In this document: positions 63,310 through 64,000 of the stretch, piece after piece
How positions within the stretch are numbered: position 1 is the first letter of the stretch
How the letters are laid out: every line of letters starts with the position of its first letter
Origin: Anaerohalosphaeraceae bacterium
GTDB taxonomy: Bacteria; Planctomycetota; Phycisphaerae; Sedimentisphaerales; Anaerohalosphaeraceae
Direction: 5' to 3'
NCBI GenBank assembly: GCA_963675525.2
Contig: CAXXSL010000016.1
Coordinates: forward strand, 288,001-352,000
Length of the DNA: 64,000 bases
Position numbers and translations under genes: made by a program
Notes under the pieces: generated by a model
What the model saw: the letters and a program-made list of their open reading frames with translations, nothing else
Database searches by the model: none
Told to the model about the DNA's origin: nothing

Positions 63310-64000
63310 GTGGCAAACATACTGGATAAGATCATTGCCGACAAGCGTGTTGAGGTCGAACGGCGAAAAGAACAGCAGCCGCTCGAATTGCTCAAAGACA
63401 AGGCCGCCCGGCTGAAGAAATGCCGCAATTTTTATAGGGCGGTCACCAAGAAAAATCTGCGCGGGCTGAATGTCATCGCCGAGGTCAAGAAGGCCTCGCC
63501 ATCCGCGGGATTGATCCGGCCGGATTTCGACCCGGTTCAGATCGCACAGACGTATGAACGATGCGGCGCGGACGCGATCAGCGTATTGACGGATGAAAAA
63601 TATTTTCAGGGCAAGCTGGATTACCTAACCGCGGTTAAAGAGGCGGTGAAGATACCCGTTTTGCGAAAAGATTTTATCATCGATCCTCATCAGGTTTACG
63701 AAGCGCGCGTCGCCGGCGCCGATGCGATTTTGCTGATCGCAGAAGCTCTTGTCCCGGCAGATCTGATGGACCTGCTGATCCTGGCCAATGAGCTGACACT
63801 GACGGTATTGATCGAGGTATACAGCGCTGATTCGCTTTTGCAGGTTCGCAGCCTGATCGGTTTCCCGCAGAAACATTACAGTGTGTTGGGAATCAACAAT
63901 CGCGACCTGACCACAATGCAGGTGGATATTAACAATACGACACGCCTGTCGGAATTGGTCGATGATAAACATGAACTGATCGCTGAAAGCGGCATCAAGA
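63310..64000 (+). CDS. trpC: Indole-3-glycerol phosphate synthase (partial, runs off the window end)
   Basis: Manual translation from GTG 63310: ANILDKIIADK...IAEVKKASPSAG...SVLTDEKYFQG...LRKDFII...GADAILLI...GINNRDL...AESGI. Confidence 0.95.
   Translation, partial: MANILDKIIADKRVEVERRKEQQPLELLKDKAARLKKCRNFYRAVTKKNLRGLNVIAEVKKASPSAGLIRPDFDPVQIAQTYERCGADAISVLTDEKYFQGKLDYLTAVKEAVKIPVLRKDFIIDPHQVYEARVAGADAILLIAEALVPADLMDLLILANELTLTVLIEVYSADSLLQVRSLIGFPQKHYSVLGINNRDLTTMQVDINNTTRLSELVDDKHELIAESGIK

Overview
This is bacterial DNA. The gene content points to Planctomycetota, class Phycisphaerae (inference): ECF sigma/FecR-NPCBM pairs, a PEP-CTERM protein, prepilin-type N-methylation proteins, and secreted proteins with LamG, dockerin-like, CotH or lamin-tail domains. 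1-25.6 kb is a glycan-utilisation-like island with two divergent ECF/anti-sigma pairs, a PEP-CTERM protein, a prepilin-like protein, a modular GH115, a BNR-4 propeller protein and a CotH/LTD protein. Three of these genes share a closely related N-terminal LamG-like module. 26-34 kb holds a nitronate-monooxygenase-family gene, an RRM protein, and a prepilin-like/GH51/GH127 arabinofuranosidase operon. 34.8-57 kb is mostly housekeeping: aconitase, hisD, alaS, recA, thpR, PfkB kinase, gltX, cysteine synthase, glnS, thiE, plus a MetF-MetV-pterin methyltransferase triple fusion. 57-61 kb is a repeat mosaic around a RAYT-like HUH transposase, with a truncated IS110 and an AT-rich cargo gene. 61-64 kb carries DUF4870, a membrane protein, smpB, DUF1844 and partial trpC. 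Many single-base frameshifts, including in alaS and glnS, look like sequencing or assembly errors. The most notable observations are the palindrome-delimited module array next to the RAYT, an orphan sigma54 promoter-terminator unit (candidate sRNA), an XRE-HTH-like insert in GluRS, the methyl-folate triple fusion, and duplication/deletion scars downstream of both prepilin-like genes.
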